In this document: positions 25,338-34,640 of the stretch, piece by piece
Position numbering within the stretch: position 1 is the stretch's first letter
Layout: the number at the start of each line of letters is the position of its first letter
Assembly (NCBI GenBank): GCA_052389555.1
Contig: JBQTHV010000108.1
Location: 35 to 64,034, forward strand
DNA length: 64,000 nt
DNA from: Gemmatimonadales bacterium
GTDB lineage: Bacteria; Gemmatimonadota; Gemmatimonadetes; Gemmatimonadales; GWC2-71-9
Direction of reading: 5' to 3'
Made by a program: the position numbers and the translations under genes
The notes under the pieces: model-generated
Seen by the model: the letters and a program-made list of their open reading frames with translations, nothing else
The model's database searches: none
What the model was told of the DNA's origin: nothing

Positions 25338-26403
25338 TGAGCACCAAATACACCAGGAGCAACACCGCGAGTACCACGACCGTGACCACTGCAATCACCG
25401 CCGGCGAGCCGCTTCGCCGGGCTGGGGCGGCAGGCGGTCCGGACGTTTCTTCGGATTGGTGGATCAGTGCCTCTGGCTTACCGCTCGGCGGCTCGGGGTT
25501 CGATGGCTCGGCGTTCGGTGGCTCGTCGCCTCGGCGTGGAAGATCGGACTGCGGGTTGTCCGGGGCAGACGCTGCCGCGGTGCGCAGCCCATCCCCGTCG
25601 AATCGGACCGCGACCACCGTGATATTGTCGGGGCCCCCGCGCTCATTGGCAAGCGCTACCAGCCGGTCGCACACCTGGTCGAGATCGGGAACCTCCTCGA
25701 CCAGCGTGGCGATCTCCTCGCGCTTGACCTGGCCGGAAAGGCCGTCGCTGCAAATCACCAGCGTATCGCCGCGCTGGAGCTCCGTGCGGGTTAGGTCCAC
25801 CCGGATCCGGGGGTCGGGCCCCAGCGCCTGGAGGATGATGTTGCGACGCTCGCTCTGGGCCGCCTCTTCCTCAGTCAGCTCGCCCGCATCGACCAGCCGC
25901 TGCATCAGCGACTGGTCCTTGGTGAGCTGGGTCGCGACGCCATTCCGGATCAAATAGCCCCGACTATCCCCCACCTGGGCCAGATAAAGCGCCCCATCGA
26001 GCACTCCCGCGACCGTCGCGGTCGTACCCATGCCCCGTACGTCGGGATGCTCCTGGGCGTACGCATGCAAGCGATCGTTGGCCTGTTCGACCGCTTCGCG
26101 CAGGCGCTCGGTGAACAGCTCGGGGCTCCGCGCGCCATCGCGACTCCAGTGCTCGGTGAGATAGGTGACGATGAACTGGGCGGCCATCGAGCTGGCCAGC
26201 TCGCCGGCGGCCGCGCCACCCATCCCGTCGGCCACCAGGAACACGCTTCCCCGGTCCCCGACCCGGTGGGGTCCCCCATTGGCGAGGTCCTTCCCGCCGC
26301 TCAGGTCGGCGATCCGGAAGACGTCTTCGTTGTGGTCGCGGGTTTGGCCCGGATCGCTTCGGGCCCGGACCGTGACGGAGACCGGCGGCGGGCTGGTAGT
26401 CAT
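25330..26403 (-). CDS. PP2C-family Ser/Thr phosphatase with C-terminal TM anchor
   Basis: SDPGQTRDHNEDVF, LVADGMGG, LICSDGL and GGPDNITVV motifs. C-terminal AVIAVVTVVVLAVLLLVYLVL. ATG 26403 overlaps the kinase stop (ATGA). Confidence 0.88.
   Translation of the reverse strand: MTTSPPPVSVTVRARSDPGQTRDHNEDVFRIADLSGGKDLANGGPHRVGDRGSVFLVADGMGGAAAGELASSMAAQFIVTYLTEHWSRDGARSPELFTERLREAVEQANDRLHAYAQEHPDVRGMGTTATVAGVLDGALYLAQVGDSRGYLIRNGVATQLTKDQSLMQRLVDAGELTEEEAAQSERRNIILQALGPDPRIRVDLTRTELQRGDTLVICSDGLSGQVKREEIATLVEEVPDLDQVCDRLVALANERGGPDNITVVAVRFDGDGLRTAAASAPDNPQSDLPRRGDEPPNAEPSNPEPPSGKPEALIHQSEETSGPPAAPARRSGSPAVIAVVTVVVLAVLLLVYLVLRR
25484..25535. repeat. GCTCGG-type (reverse GCCGAG) array in phosphatase 3' region
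   Basis: CTCGGCG GCTCGGG GTTCGAT GGCTCGG CGTTCGG TGGCTCG. Encodes the PEPSNAEP-like tail before the TM anchor. Confidence 0.8.
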
Positions 26404-27458
26404 CGGGTGTCGGGTCCGGCGAGCCGTCGGCTGGAAGACCCACTGAGCCGCTCCCACAGCCCGCCGAGCCAACGTCCAGCCGAGCGTCGAGCGCCGAGCG
26501 CCGAGCCACCGTCCATAACCCGCACCACGGCGAAAGCAAACTCGCGAACGCTGGCAAACCGTTCACCAGGCTCTCGTGCCAGGGCCCGGCTCATGACCGC
26601 CTGCAAGCTGGCGGGAAATCCACCGTCCGGCCGGGCCTGGTGCAGGGGACGCGGCGGTTCGGTGAGTCGTTTGGAGAGCGCGCCGCGCAGGGAACCGCCC
26701 TCGAAGGGGAGTAGGCCGGTGATGGCCTCGTAGAACACGAGGGCCAGGCTGTACTGGTCCGATCGCGCATCCACGCGGGCCCCGGAGAGTTGTTCCGGAC
26801 TCATGTATTCCGGGGTCCCCACGATGAATCCCGTCCGGGTGACCCCGGATTCCCCTTCGCCCGCGATCGCCTTCGCAATGCCGAAGTCAACCAGCTTGAC
26901 CCTTTCTGCCGATTCACCGCCGGCGGAAACCACCATAATATTGTCCGGCTTGAGATCGCGATGGACAATCCCCAGGTCATGCGCGGCTTGCAGTCCCGCA
27001 GCGCACTGGCTGAGAAGGGCGGCCGCTCGGGGAACCGGCAGCCGACCAAATTCCGTCAGCAGCGCCCTCAGGGGCTGCCCCTCAACGTACTCCATGGCCA
27101 GGAAAACCAGTCCGTCGGCGGTCAATCCGAAGTCGTACACCGCGCAGACGTTGGGGTGAGAGATCCGGCTCGCGTTGGTCGCCTCCCGGTTGAAGCGCTT
27201 GATGGCTTCGGGATCCTGAGTGAGGTCGCGGCTCAGGATCTTGAGCGCGGAGAGTCTCCCCATCAGGACGTGCCGGGTGAGATAGACCTCTCCCATGCCG
27301 CCTCCGCCGAGCCGACGCTCAATAGCATAGCGCTCGGCGACAACGCGTCCCAGGAGCTCGTCCGGGTCCGACCCCACCGGCCGAAGGGGGGTCCGATCCT
27401 GGGCGCAGAACGCAGCATCTTCGCCGTACTCGGCGCTACAGACGGGGCACACTCGCAC
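26400..27458 (-). CDS. Ser/Thr protein kinase with N-terminal zinc ribbon, no TM or sensor domain
   Basis: CPVCSAEYGEDAAFCAQD, GGGGMGEVY...ALKIL, HRDLKPDN, DFG and GTPEYMSPE motifs. GTG 27458 follows AAGGA at a suitable spacing. The track ORF (to 28109) would overlap the divergent amidase gene. Confidence 0.88.
   Translation of the reverse strand: MRVCPVCSAEYGEDAAFCAQDRTPLRPVGSDPDELLGRVVAERYAIERRLGGGGMGEVYLTRHVLMGRLSALKILSRDLTQDPEAIKRFNREATNASRISHPNVCAVYDFGLTADGLVFLAMEYVEGQPLRALLTEFGRLPVPRAAALLSQCAAGLQAAHDLGIVHRDLKPDNIMVVSAGGESAERVKLVDFGIAKAIAGEGESGVTRTGFIVGTPEYMSPEQLSGARVDARSDQYSLALVFYEAITGLLPFEGGSLRGALSKRLTEPPRPLHQARPDGGFPASLQAVMSRALAREPGERFASVREFAFAVVRVMDGGSALGARRSAGRWLGGLWERLSGSSSRRLAGPDTR
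26461..26512. repeat. GCCGAG-type array in kinase 3' region
   Basis: CCGCCGAGCCAACGTCCAGCCGAGCGTCGAGCGCCGAGCGCCGAGCC read directly. Confidence 0.85.
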
Positions 27459-27537
27459 GCCAGCAATCCTTGAATCGGTCCCGAAATAGAGGCCGCGATC
27501 GGTTCCGGCGCAATGGAGGTGTTGATAGTTTCCTCCT

Positions 27538-29535
27538 ATGCAACGGAGCGCGTGGATCGCCGCGGTTCTCCTCGCCGGGTGCGCCCGTCCGCCCGGGCCG
27601 GAAGTCATTGCCCCACAACCCGAGCGTCCCGCCCTCGACATCCCTGGGGAAACCACGGCTCCAGGCCGGCTACCCCCCGTGCCGGAGTCCCGGGGCCCGC
27701 TCCGCATTCGGGTGGTGTATCCGGATTCCCTCGCCCGGGTGGATATCCGGGATTCCAGTTTCATCTTCGGCTCGGTGGGCGATGGTACCGCCATCCTCAC
27801 CATCAACGGCCAGTCGGTGCCAGTCGCGGCGAACGGGGCGTGGCTTGCCTGGCTGCCTTTTGCCGGTGACAGTGTGATCAGCTTTGCGATCGCGGCCCGG
27901 ACCGCAACCGACTCGGCAACACTCTTATATCGGGTGCGCCGCTCTTCCCGGTTCACTCCGGCGCCAGGGCAAGCGCTCTGGATCGACACGACCAGCTTCT
28001 CGCCGCGAGGACGGGTATGGTGGCCTCGGGATGAATTCCTACCGTTGTCGGTGCGCGCCAGCGAGGACGCGAATCTACGGCTCGCGCTCCCGAGCGGCAC
28101 CGTGATCACTCTGTCGGCAGACTCGGTGGCCGAGGATGTCGCTGAGGGTATTCGGGCCTTCGACCGCGAGGTCGCGAATCTCGCGCGTCCGGTCCGGGCG
28201 GACCGCTATCGTACCATGCTGCGCGGCATAACGCTCGGCGACGCGGGGCCGCTCTTCGATACCATCCTGCCGTCCGGCCGCCCTGCCGTCCTGCCACCAA
28301 CGGGGCCGCCGAGCCGCCGAGCCGTCCAGCCGTCCAGCCGTCCAGCCCTCGAGCTTCTTGCCATCAGAGGACGTGACACCGTCCGTGCCGTCTGGCCCCT
28401 GACCCTCGCGCTTCTCGACTCCACTCCGATCGCGGTGACGCTCAACGACGATCGCGAACGCCGCGGCGGCACCGATCGGCTCACGATGGGAAGAACCACG
28501 CCGGGCGGCACCTATACCTGGTTCTTTCCAACCGGGACTCGCGGCCGCGTGTCAGGGCGGATCAACGGTGACCTCCGCCTCGCTCTCTCCCGGCGGAGCG
28601 ACGCCTGGGTCTCCGCTGCCGAAGCTCTGCCGAGCCCCGGACCAACGACCGCGGTGGTTGGTTCAATCACCCTGACGCCAAACCCGGACCGGGTGATCGC
28701 GCGGATACCGGTTGGGGTACGCCTGCCGTTTCAGGTCCACGAGGAGGAACGCGCGCTCACGATCGTGTTGTATGGGGCGCGCTCCGACGTGAATTGGCTT
28801 CGGTACGGGCCGGCTGATCCACTGGTGCGATTGGCTATCACCCGGCAAACGAGTGCCGACGAGTTGGAGCTTCGTTTCGACCTCAGCACCCCGGTCTGGG
28901 GATACCGGACTGAGTGGGACGGCACCGACCTGCTGTTTGCGATCCGAAGGCCGCCGCGCCTGGACCGGAGCAATGTGCTGGCCGGCATGACGGTCGTGGT
29001 CGATCCGGGGCACCCGCCAATCGGTGCCACCGGGCCGACCGGGCTTACCGAGGCCGAGGCCAATCTCGCGATCGCGCAGGTCCTGGTCGGGCTGTTGGCG
29101 CGGGAGGGGGCTCACCCGATCCTAACCCGCACCGACATGCGCCCGCTCGACCTCTGGCCGCGGGTCCGCCTGGCCGACAGCCTCAACGCCCAGCTCCTGG
29201 TCTCCATCCACAACAATGCGCTGCCCGACGGCATCAATCCGTTCACCAACAACGGGCCGAGTGTGTTCTACCACCACCCTCGCGCGTTACCGCTGGCCCG
29301 GGCCATTCAGTCCCGATTCGTCGGGCGCTTCGGGCTGCGCGATCTCGGCGTGGGACGGGCGGATCTCGCGCTCGCGCGTCCCACCTGGATGCCAGCCGTG
29401 CTGACCGAAGGTCTGTTCCTGATGATTCCGGAGCAGGAGGCTGCCCTGGCCCAGTCCGAGGGGCAACGCCTTTATGCGCTTGCCGTGCTCGAGGGAATTC
29501 GCCAGTTCCTCGAGCAGGTGCGGGATGCCCGATGA
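27538..29535 (+). CDS. N-acetylmuramoyl-L-alanine amidase (Amidase_3) lipoprotein
   Basis: MQRSAWIAAVLLAGC lipobox. C-terminal VVDPGHPPIGATGPTGLTEAEANL...SIHNNA...GLFLMIPEQE. Confidence 0.85.
   Translation: MQRSAWIAAVLLAGCARPPGPEVIAPQPERPALDIPGETTAPGRLPPVPESRGPLRIRVVYPDSLARVDIRDSSFIFGSVGDGTAILTINGQSVPVAANGAWLAWLPFAGDSVISFAIAARTATDSATLLYRVRRSSRFTPAPGQALWIDTTSFSPRGRVWWPRDEFLPLSVRASEDANLRLALPSGTVITLSADSVAEDVAEGIRAFDREVANLARPVRADRYRTMLRGITLGDAGPLFDTILPSGRPAVLPPTGPPSRRAVQPSSRPALELLAIRGRDTVRAVWPLTLALLDSTPIAVTLNDDRERRGGTDRLTMGRTTPGGTYTWFFPTGTRGRVSGRINGDLRLALSRRSDAWVSAAEALPSPGPTTAVVGSITLTPNPDRVIARIPVGVRLPFQVHEEERALTIVLYGARSDVNWLRYGPADPLVRLAITRQTSADELELRFDLSTPVWGYRTEWDGTDLLFAIRRPPRLDRSNVLAGMTVVVDPGHPPIGATGPTGLTEAEANLAIAQVLVGLLAREGAHPILTRTDMRPLDLWPRVRLADSLNAQLLVSIHNNALPDGINPFTNNGPSVFYHHPRALPLARAIQSRFVGRFGLRDLGVGRADLALARPTWMPAVLTEGLFLMIPEQEAALAQSEGQRLYALAVLEGIRQFLEQVRDAR
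28268..28347. repeat. composite CCGTCC / CCGCCGAG / CCGTCCAG x3 array inside amidase gene
   Basis: Read directly. Translated as RPAVLPPTGPPSRRAVQPSSRPA. Confidence 0.9.
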
Positions 29536-31796
29536 CCCAGAGGACGGCAGGACGGCAGGACAGCAGGACGGCAGGACCGCTTGGCGGCTCGGGGGCTCGG
29601 CACTCGGTGTTGCTGGTTACCCGGTTCGCCCGGTTCACCCGGTTCGCCCCGTTCGTCCTGTTCGCAAACCTCAGCGCCCAGCCGCCGGAAGAACGAAAGG
29701 CCATCGAGGCGTTTCGCGACACGCTCCTTACGGTGAGTGATACGGTTGTGCTGCAAGAGCGGGAAGCCCTCCTGCTCCGTTCATCTCAGCGGCTCCGGAA
29801 CGACCCCGCCTTTCACCTCCTCATCGGTCACCTTGCGCTTCGTCGAGGCGAACTCGGCGGCACGAGCCACCTCGACGAGGCGGCGGCCGAGTTTCGCTGG
29901 GCCGCCGCGCTTGCCCCGCGATGGCCTTACGCCTGGCTCGGCCTCGGCACCGCCGAATTCACGCTGGGTAGCCGACTTTCCGAGCCGGGAGGTGCGACTG
30001 CTCGCGAAGCGCGCTCGCGAGACGCCTACTCGCGAGCGGGGCAGGCGTTTGCGCGAGCCGTGCTTCTCGAACCTGGCTTCGCGCCCCGCTTGGAAGCGCT
30101 CGCCCGCCGCGCGGTGCGCGAGAAATCTCCCGAACGCGCCGCCGTCGTTCGGAGTGCTTTCGAACGCGCGGTCAGCACCACCCGGACCCCGGTTCCCCGG
30201 CTCCTGCTTGCCCTGGGTCGGGTCCAGCGGGAGCTGGACGATTCCAGCGCTTTGACAACGCTCGCGCGGTATCTCTCGATTCAGGATAATCCCGCGGTGG
30301 GGCTCATCGAGTTGGGGCGGGCCCTGCTCCTGCGCGGTGATCCAAGCGGTGCGGCGAGATACTTGGCCGGCGCCGGCAGCGACGATCCGCAGGCCACCGC
30401 GGAGTATCGGGCCGATTTGGCTCCGATCGCGACTGACTGGGAGCTTGCCGAGTTCGATCGCCGGCGCGGATGGATGCGAGCGGAGCTGGTGCGCCGGTTC
30501 TGGACTGCACGGGACCGACTCGAGCTGCGCCGCGACGGGGAGCGCCTTGCCGAGCACCTTCGGCGTCTGCGCGTGGCCCAGCGGGAATTCCTTGTCGTCA
30601 TGGCAGACAGCACCACGCGGCTCGACGATCGCGGCCGGGTATTCGTGCGCCACGGCAAGCCGGACGAGCGGGCAAGCTTCACCTGGGTCGGCATCCCTCC
30701 CAATGAATCGTGGCGATATCGCCGGGGCGGGGAAGGTCCCGACCTCGTCCTGCATTTCGTGTCGCGACAAGCCCAGAATGATTACCGGTTGGTCGAGAGC
30801 GTGCTGGACGTGCCAGTAGTCCAAAACCTGCCGACCGAAGCTCTGTTTCGGTCCCGCTGGACTCTCGCGCCGGTCTACCGGCAGCCGGGAGCCCAACGGA
30901 GCCGGCTCGCTCCGGATATCCTAACCCGCGAGCGCGCGCTGGGCAGGTACGGCATCCGGGTCGCCACCGGATCCGACCGGTATCCGTTGCGGTTTGCCCG
31001 GGAGCTCGAGGCGTGGGGAGCCATGCTGGTGGCGGGTGGGAGTGGGGCGCAGCCCGCGATTCAGGTGGTGTTCGCGATCCCCGACTCTTTGCTCGGAACG
31101 CCGGGTGCGGAACCGCCGAGCCGCCGAGCCGCCGAGTCGTCTGTTCGCGTCCGCTTCATCGCGCTCGACCTCGCCGGAAACGTGGTGGCTTCGGCGGACT
31201 CGACGGTCCGGCCCGAAGCGGTGGAATATCCGGGAGAAGGTCGCGCCCTCGGGGGCCGCATCGCGGTCCCGGTGCGGCCCGGCCGCCTGGTTGCCCATGC
31301 CGCGATTCAGTATCGCGAGGGCGGGTCAGCCTTCGGAATCGATACGCTTTCAGTGCCTTCACCGGGCGCCGGGGAGCTTGCCCTGGGCGATCTGTTGCTC
31401 GGCTCCCCGGAGCAGGGCCTGGACGTTCCTCTGGGAGACGGGAGCAGGTTCGCACTCGCCCCTGCCGCGCTGATTCGCCAATCTCAAGACCTGCACATCG
31501 CCACCGAGATCTTCGGTCTTCTGCCTGGCGGTCAGGCGAACCTCCGGATCTATGTTGCCCCACGAGATCGCCTCCAGCCGGTCGAACCGGAGGTGCTCAA
31601 GTGGCGGCCGGTTCCGGGGAACCGGGGAGCGGCCGCGATCAATCGCGGTGCCAGTTCGGGTCCCATCGTTTCGTGGAGAACGGTCTTGCCATCACGGGAG
31701 CTCAGTCCGGGGTTCTGGGCACTGGCGGTGGTGGTGCGGGATGGTGCGGGACGGGAAGTCCGGCGGGAGGCCCGGCTGGTGGTAGTGGAGCCCTGA
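29532..31796 (+). CDS. GWxTD-like domain protein with TPR-like N-terminal region
   Basis: FWTARDRLELRRDGERLAEHLRRLRVAQREF...DDRGRVFVRHGKPDE...ESWRYRRG...LVLHFV..DYRLVES resembles the GWxTD domain. ATG 29532 overlaps the amidase stop. The N-terminal 50 aa are repeat-encoded. Confidence 0.6.
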   Translation: MTQRTAGRQDSRTAGPLGGSGARHSVLLVTRFARFTRFAPFVLFANLSAQPPEERKAIEAFRDTLLTVSDTVVLQEREALLLRSSQRLRNDPAFHLLIGHLALRRGELGGTSHLDEAAAEFRWAAALAPRWPYAWLGLGTAEFTLGSRLSEPGGATAREARSRDAYSRAGQAFARAVLLEPGFAPRLEALARRAVREKSPERAAVVRSAFERAVSTTRTPVPRLLLALGRVQRELDDSSALTTLARYLSIQDNPAVGLIELGRALLLRGDPSGAARYLAGAGSDDPQATAEYRADLAPIATDWELAEFDRRRGWMRAELVRRFWTARDRLELRRDGERLAEHLRRLRVAQREFLVVMADSTTRLDDRGRVFVRHGKPDERASFTWVGIPPNESWRYRRGGEGPDLVLHFVSRQAQNDYRLVESVLDVPVVQNLPTEALFRSRWTLAPVYRQPGAQRSRLAPDILTRERALGRYGIRVATGSDRYPLRFARELEAWGAMLVAGGSGAQPAIQVVFAIPDSLLGTPGAEPPSRRAAESSVRVRFIALDLAGNVVASADSTVRPEAVEYPGEGRALGGRIAVPVRPGRLVAHAAIQYREGGSAFGIDTLSVPSPGAGELALGDLLLGSPEQGLDVPLGDGSRFALAPAALIRQSQDLHIATEIFGLLPGGQANLRIYVAPRDRLQPVEPEVLKWRPVPGNRGAAAINRGASSGPIVSWRTVLPSRELSPGFWALAVVVRDGAGREVRREARLVVVEP
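29542..29665. repeat. composite array: GGACGGCA x4, CTCGG-type units, then nonamer CCGGTTCGC x5
   Basis: Octamers 29542-29577, nonamers 29621-29665. All lie inside the first 45 codons of CDS 29532. Confidence 0.92.
31113..31136. repeat. tandem octamer array (CCGCCGAG) x3 inside GWxTD-like gene
   Basis: Read directly. Translated as PPSRRAAE. Confidence 0.95.
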
Positions 31797-31982
31797 TCAG
31801 ATTTGTGATGTGCACGACTGATTTTCGCGTCGTTCCTTGAAATCCGGAGCGGATTGTCACAGCCCCGTCACGATCCTAATTTGAGCTTCCCCAACGCCCC
31901 GCGGGAGCGAGCCCGCGCCGAGCCGCGGGATGAGCCGCCCAGCTTCGTCATTACATTTCAGACCCGGATAAGAGGAAGACCC

Positions 31983-34508
31983 ATGGGAACTGCTCCGCCG
32001 CGGGTTCCGCTGCAGCTTTCGCCTAACGCGATCACCGTTCTCGAAAAGCGCTACCTGGTGCGCGACGAGTCCGGGAAGCCGGTCGAGACCCCGGCCGAGC
32101 TTTTTGTGCGGGTAGCCCGGACCGTCGCGGAACCGGACCGGCAGTACGGCGCCAGCGAAGGCGCGGTCGAGCAGCTCACCGAGGCATTCTACGGTTTGAT
32201 GGCGCAGCGGCAGTTCATGCCCAACAGTCCGACGCTGATGAATGCGGGCCGGCCGCTGGGGCAGCTCTCCGCGTGCTTTGTCCTGCCCGTAGATGATGCG
32301 CTCTCCAACGGGCGCAGCGGAATCTACGATACCCTGACGGCGATGGCGCTGGTGCACCAGTCAGGTGGCGGGACCGGGTTCAGCTTCTCGAAACTGCGGC
32401 CCAAGAACGACATCGTGCGCTCGACGATGGGGGTCGCCTCGGGACCGGTCTCTTTCATGTCGCTGTTCGACGCGTCGACCGACGTGGTGAAGCAGGGGGG
32501 GACCCGCCGCGGTGCCAACATGGGGATCCTGCGGGTCGATCATCCCGACATCCTCGATTTCATCACCTGCAAGGACGACACCACCAAGATCACCAACTTC
32601 AACATTTCGGTCGCGGTGACCGACGCGTTCATGGAGGCGCTCGAAGCGGGAGCCGACTACGAGCTGATCCATCCTAACACGCGAAAGCCGGTGGGCCGCC
32701 TGTCGGCCCGGCTGGTGTGGGAGAAGATCATTCAGGGGGCCTGGAAGACCGGCGAGCCCGGGGTGTTCTTCATCGACCGCGCCAACGCGGTCAACCCGGT
32801 ACCGCACCTGGGCGGCTACGAGGCCACCAATCCGTGCGGCGAGCAGCCGCTCCTGCCCTACGATGTGTGCAATCTGGGCTCGATCAATCTCGGGGTGTTC
32901 GTCCAGGGCGACGACCTCGACTGGGACGCCTTGCGGCGCGCCGTTCATCTCTCGACCCATTTCCTCGAGAACGTCATCGACGCCAACAGCTATCCGTTGC
33001 CGGAGATCACCTCCCTGGCGCAGCGGATTCGCCGGATTGGGCTCGGGGTCATGGGCCTGGCCGACGCATTGGTTCGGCTCGGGGTGCCCTACGACTCCGA
33101 GGAGGCGGTCGCGCTGGGCCGCCAGATCCAGCGCTTCGTGGATGACGAGGCGAAGACCGAATCGGAGCGGCTGGCCGGCATCCGGGGACCGTTCCCCGAA
33201 TGGGAGCGAAGTATCTGGGGTCCGGATGCGACCTGCGCCCGAGATCCGCAAGGCCGGCGGATCCGCCCGATGCGGCGCCTGCGCAACTGCAACGTGACGA
33301 CGGTGGCGCCCACCGGGACGATCTCGATCATCGCGGGCTGCAGTTCGGGGATCGAACCGCTCTTCGCCGTCGCGTTCATGCGCCACCAGGCGGGCGTACT
33401 CATGCCCGATGTGAATGAAGACTTCGTGCGGGTCGCGAAGGAGGAGGGATGGTACTCCGAGGAGCTGATGCGTTCCACCGCCGAGACCGGCCATGCCGGG
33501 TTCCCCGAGGTGCCGGAGGGGTGGCAGCGCGTGTTCGTCACTGCCAATGAGATCAAACCGGAATGGCACGTCCGGATGCAGGCCGCCTTCCAGGAGTTCA
33601 ACGACTCCGCGATCTCCAAGACCGTGAATTTCGCGAGAGATGCCACCGAGGCCGACGTGGAGCAGATCTATCGACTGGCCCACGCGCTGGGGTGCAAGGG
33701 AGTAACCGTCTATCGCGATGGCAGCCGGGAGATGCAGGTGCTCTCGGCCGGCAAGACCGCTCAGCAGGTCCAGGAGGCGGCGCTTCGCAGCGGTCGCGCC
33801 GAGGTCCGCTCCGACCTGGTCGAGGTCCTGGCTACCGGCACGACCAGCGAGCGCCGGGCTGTCGCGGCCGACATCGCCGGCGAGTTGGCTGAGCTTCGCG
33901 CCGAGAACGAGCGACTGCGGCGGCAGGTTCACGAGCTCGAATCGGAGACGCTCCAGCGGCGCCAGAAGCGGAGTCGGCCCGAGCTCCTCCGCGGCACCAC
34001 CCGCCGCCTGGAGACCCCGCTCGGCACGCTGTATGTGACGATCACCGAAGACGACAAGGGCCAGCCGTTCGAGGTCTTCATGACGCTCGGCAAGGCAGGC
34101 GGAGCGATCATGGCCGACGTCGAGGCGATGGGTCGGCTTATCTCCCTCGCGCTGCGTTCCGGGATTCCGATTCGCGAGATCTACCGCCAGCTCCGCGGAA
34201 TCAGCTCCGACAAGGTGCTGGGCCTCGGGCCGGCCAAGGTGATGTCGGTCCCCGACGCGGTCGGCATTGCCCTCGAGCGCTACATGGCCGAGAAGCAGGG
34301 GGTGCAGGGCGAATTGCTGCCCTCGCACGATCCCAGCGCCACCGAGCCGATGGCGGTTACCCAGCCGGTCGTGCGCAGCAACGAGCAGATGCTCCTCACC
34401 GGATTGGCCGAGGCGCTGGTAGGCTCCTGTCCCGACTGCAGCTCGCAGCTCGAGTTCTCGGAGGGCTGCGTGAAATGTCCCGTCTGCGGGTATTCCGAGT
34501 GTGGTTGA
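31983..34508 (+). CDS. nrdJ: adenosylcobalamin-dependent ribonucleoside-diphosphate/triphosphate reductase (class II)
   Basis: LSPNAITVLEKRYL, NSPTLMNAG, ATNPCGEQPL, TVAPTGTIS and VYRDGSR motifs. C-terminal zinc ribbon CPDCSSQLEFSEGCVKCPVCG. ATG 31983 follows AAGAGGAAG. Confidence 0.92.
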   Translation: MGTAPPRVPLQLSPNAITVLEKRYLVRDESGKPVETPAELFVRVARTVAEPDRQYGASEGAVEQLTEAFYGLMAQRQFMPNSPTLMNAGRPLGQLSACFVLPVDDALSNGRSGIYDTLTAMALVHQSGGGTGFSFSKLRPKNDIVRSTMGVASGPVSFMSLFDASTDVVKQGGTRRGANMGILRVDHPDILDFITCKDDTTKITNFNISVAVTDAFMEALEAGADYELIHPNTRKPVGRLSARLVWEKIIQGAWKTGEPGVFFIDRANAVNPVPHLGGYEATNPCGEQPLLPYDVCNLGSINLGVFVQGDDLDWDALRRAVHLSTHFLENVIDANSYPLPEITSLAQRIRRIGLGVMGLADALVRLGVPYDSEEAVALGRQIQRFVDDEAKTESERLAGIRGPFPEWERSIWGPDATCARDPQGRRIRPMRRLRNCNVTTVAPTGTISIIAGCSSGIEPLFAVAFMRHQAGVLMPDVNEDFVRVAKEEGWYSEELMRSTAETGHAGFPEVPEGWQRVFVTANEIKPEWHVRMQAAFQEFNDSAISKTVNFARDATEADVEQIYRLAHALGCKGVTVYRDGSREMQVLSAGKTAQQVQEAALRSGRAEVRSDLVEVLATGTTSERRAVAADIAGELAELRAENERLRRQVHELESETLQRRQKRSRPELLRGTTRRLETPLGTLYVTITEDDKGQPFEVFMTLGKAGGAIMADVEAMGRLISLALRSGIPIREIYRQLRGISSDKVLGLGPAKVMSVPDAVGIALERYMAEKQGVQGELLPSHDPSATEPMAVTQPVVRSNEQMLLTGLAEALVGSCPDCSSQLEFSEGCVKCPVCGYSECG

Positions 34509-34510
34509 TG

Positions 34511-34633
34511 AGGAGGTAGTAAGTAGGAGGTAGTAAGAAGGGACAAACCTGACCGAGGCATGGTCGTTGCAGCGGGCGGTGCTGTTCCCTACTCACTACC
34601 TCCTGCTTACTATCTCCTTCTGTCCTTTCCTAC
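34511..34633. repeat. hairpin element, arms built from GGAGGTAGTAAGTA-type 14-mers (family copy 1)
   Basis: Left arm 34511-34547 starts 3 nt after the nrdJ stop. Right arm 34585-34633. About 26 of 30 complementary positions by eye. Confidence 0.9.
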
Positions 34634-34640
34634 TAACTCT

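Noticed and set aside
31797-31982. NrdR box or cobalamin riboswitch upstream of nrdJ
   Set aside because: I could not find an A/T-rich 16-bp NrdR-type palindrome or a B12-box (GCCACTG-like). Only short generic hairpins are present (ATCCG/CGGAT, CGCGGG/CCCGCG).
33745-33990. Ala/Arg/Glu-rich coiled-coil-like segment inside NrdJ as a novel insertion or intein
   Set aside because: It sits in the linker before the RP..L.G.T...T..G.LYVTI segment, where as far as I recall class II RNRs vary in length. No intein splice motifs are present and it is not built from the repeat units.
32361-34328. Very long antisense ORFs: 32361-34328(-), 11472-12542(-), 58618-59856(-), 51639-53228(-), 13816-15267(+), 3118-4158(-), 41611-42795(-), 29781-30896(-), 61804-63035(-)
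   Set aside because: Each lies opposite a CDS with strong family motifs (nrdJ, nadA, ispG and others). Their translations are Arg/Gly/Pro-rich low-complexity, typical shadow ORFs of high-G+C DNA.
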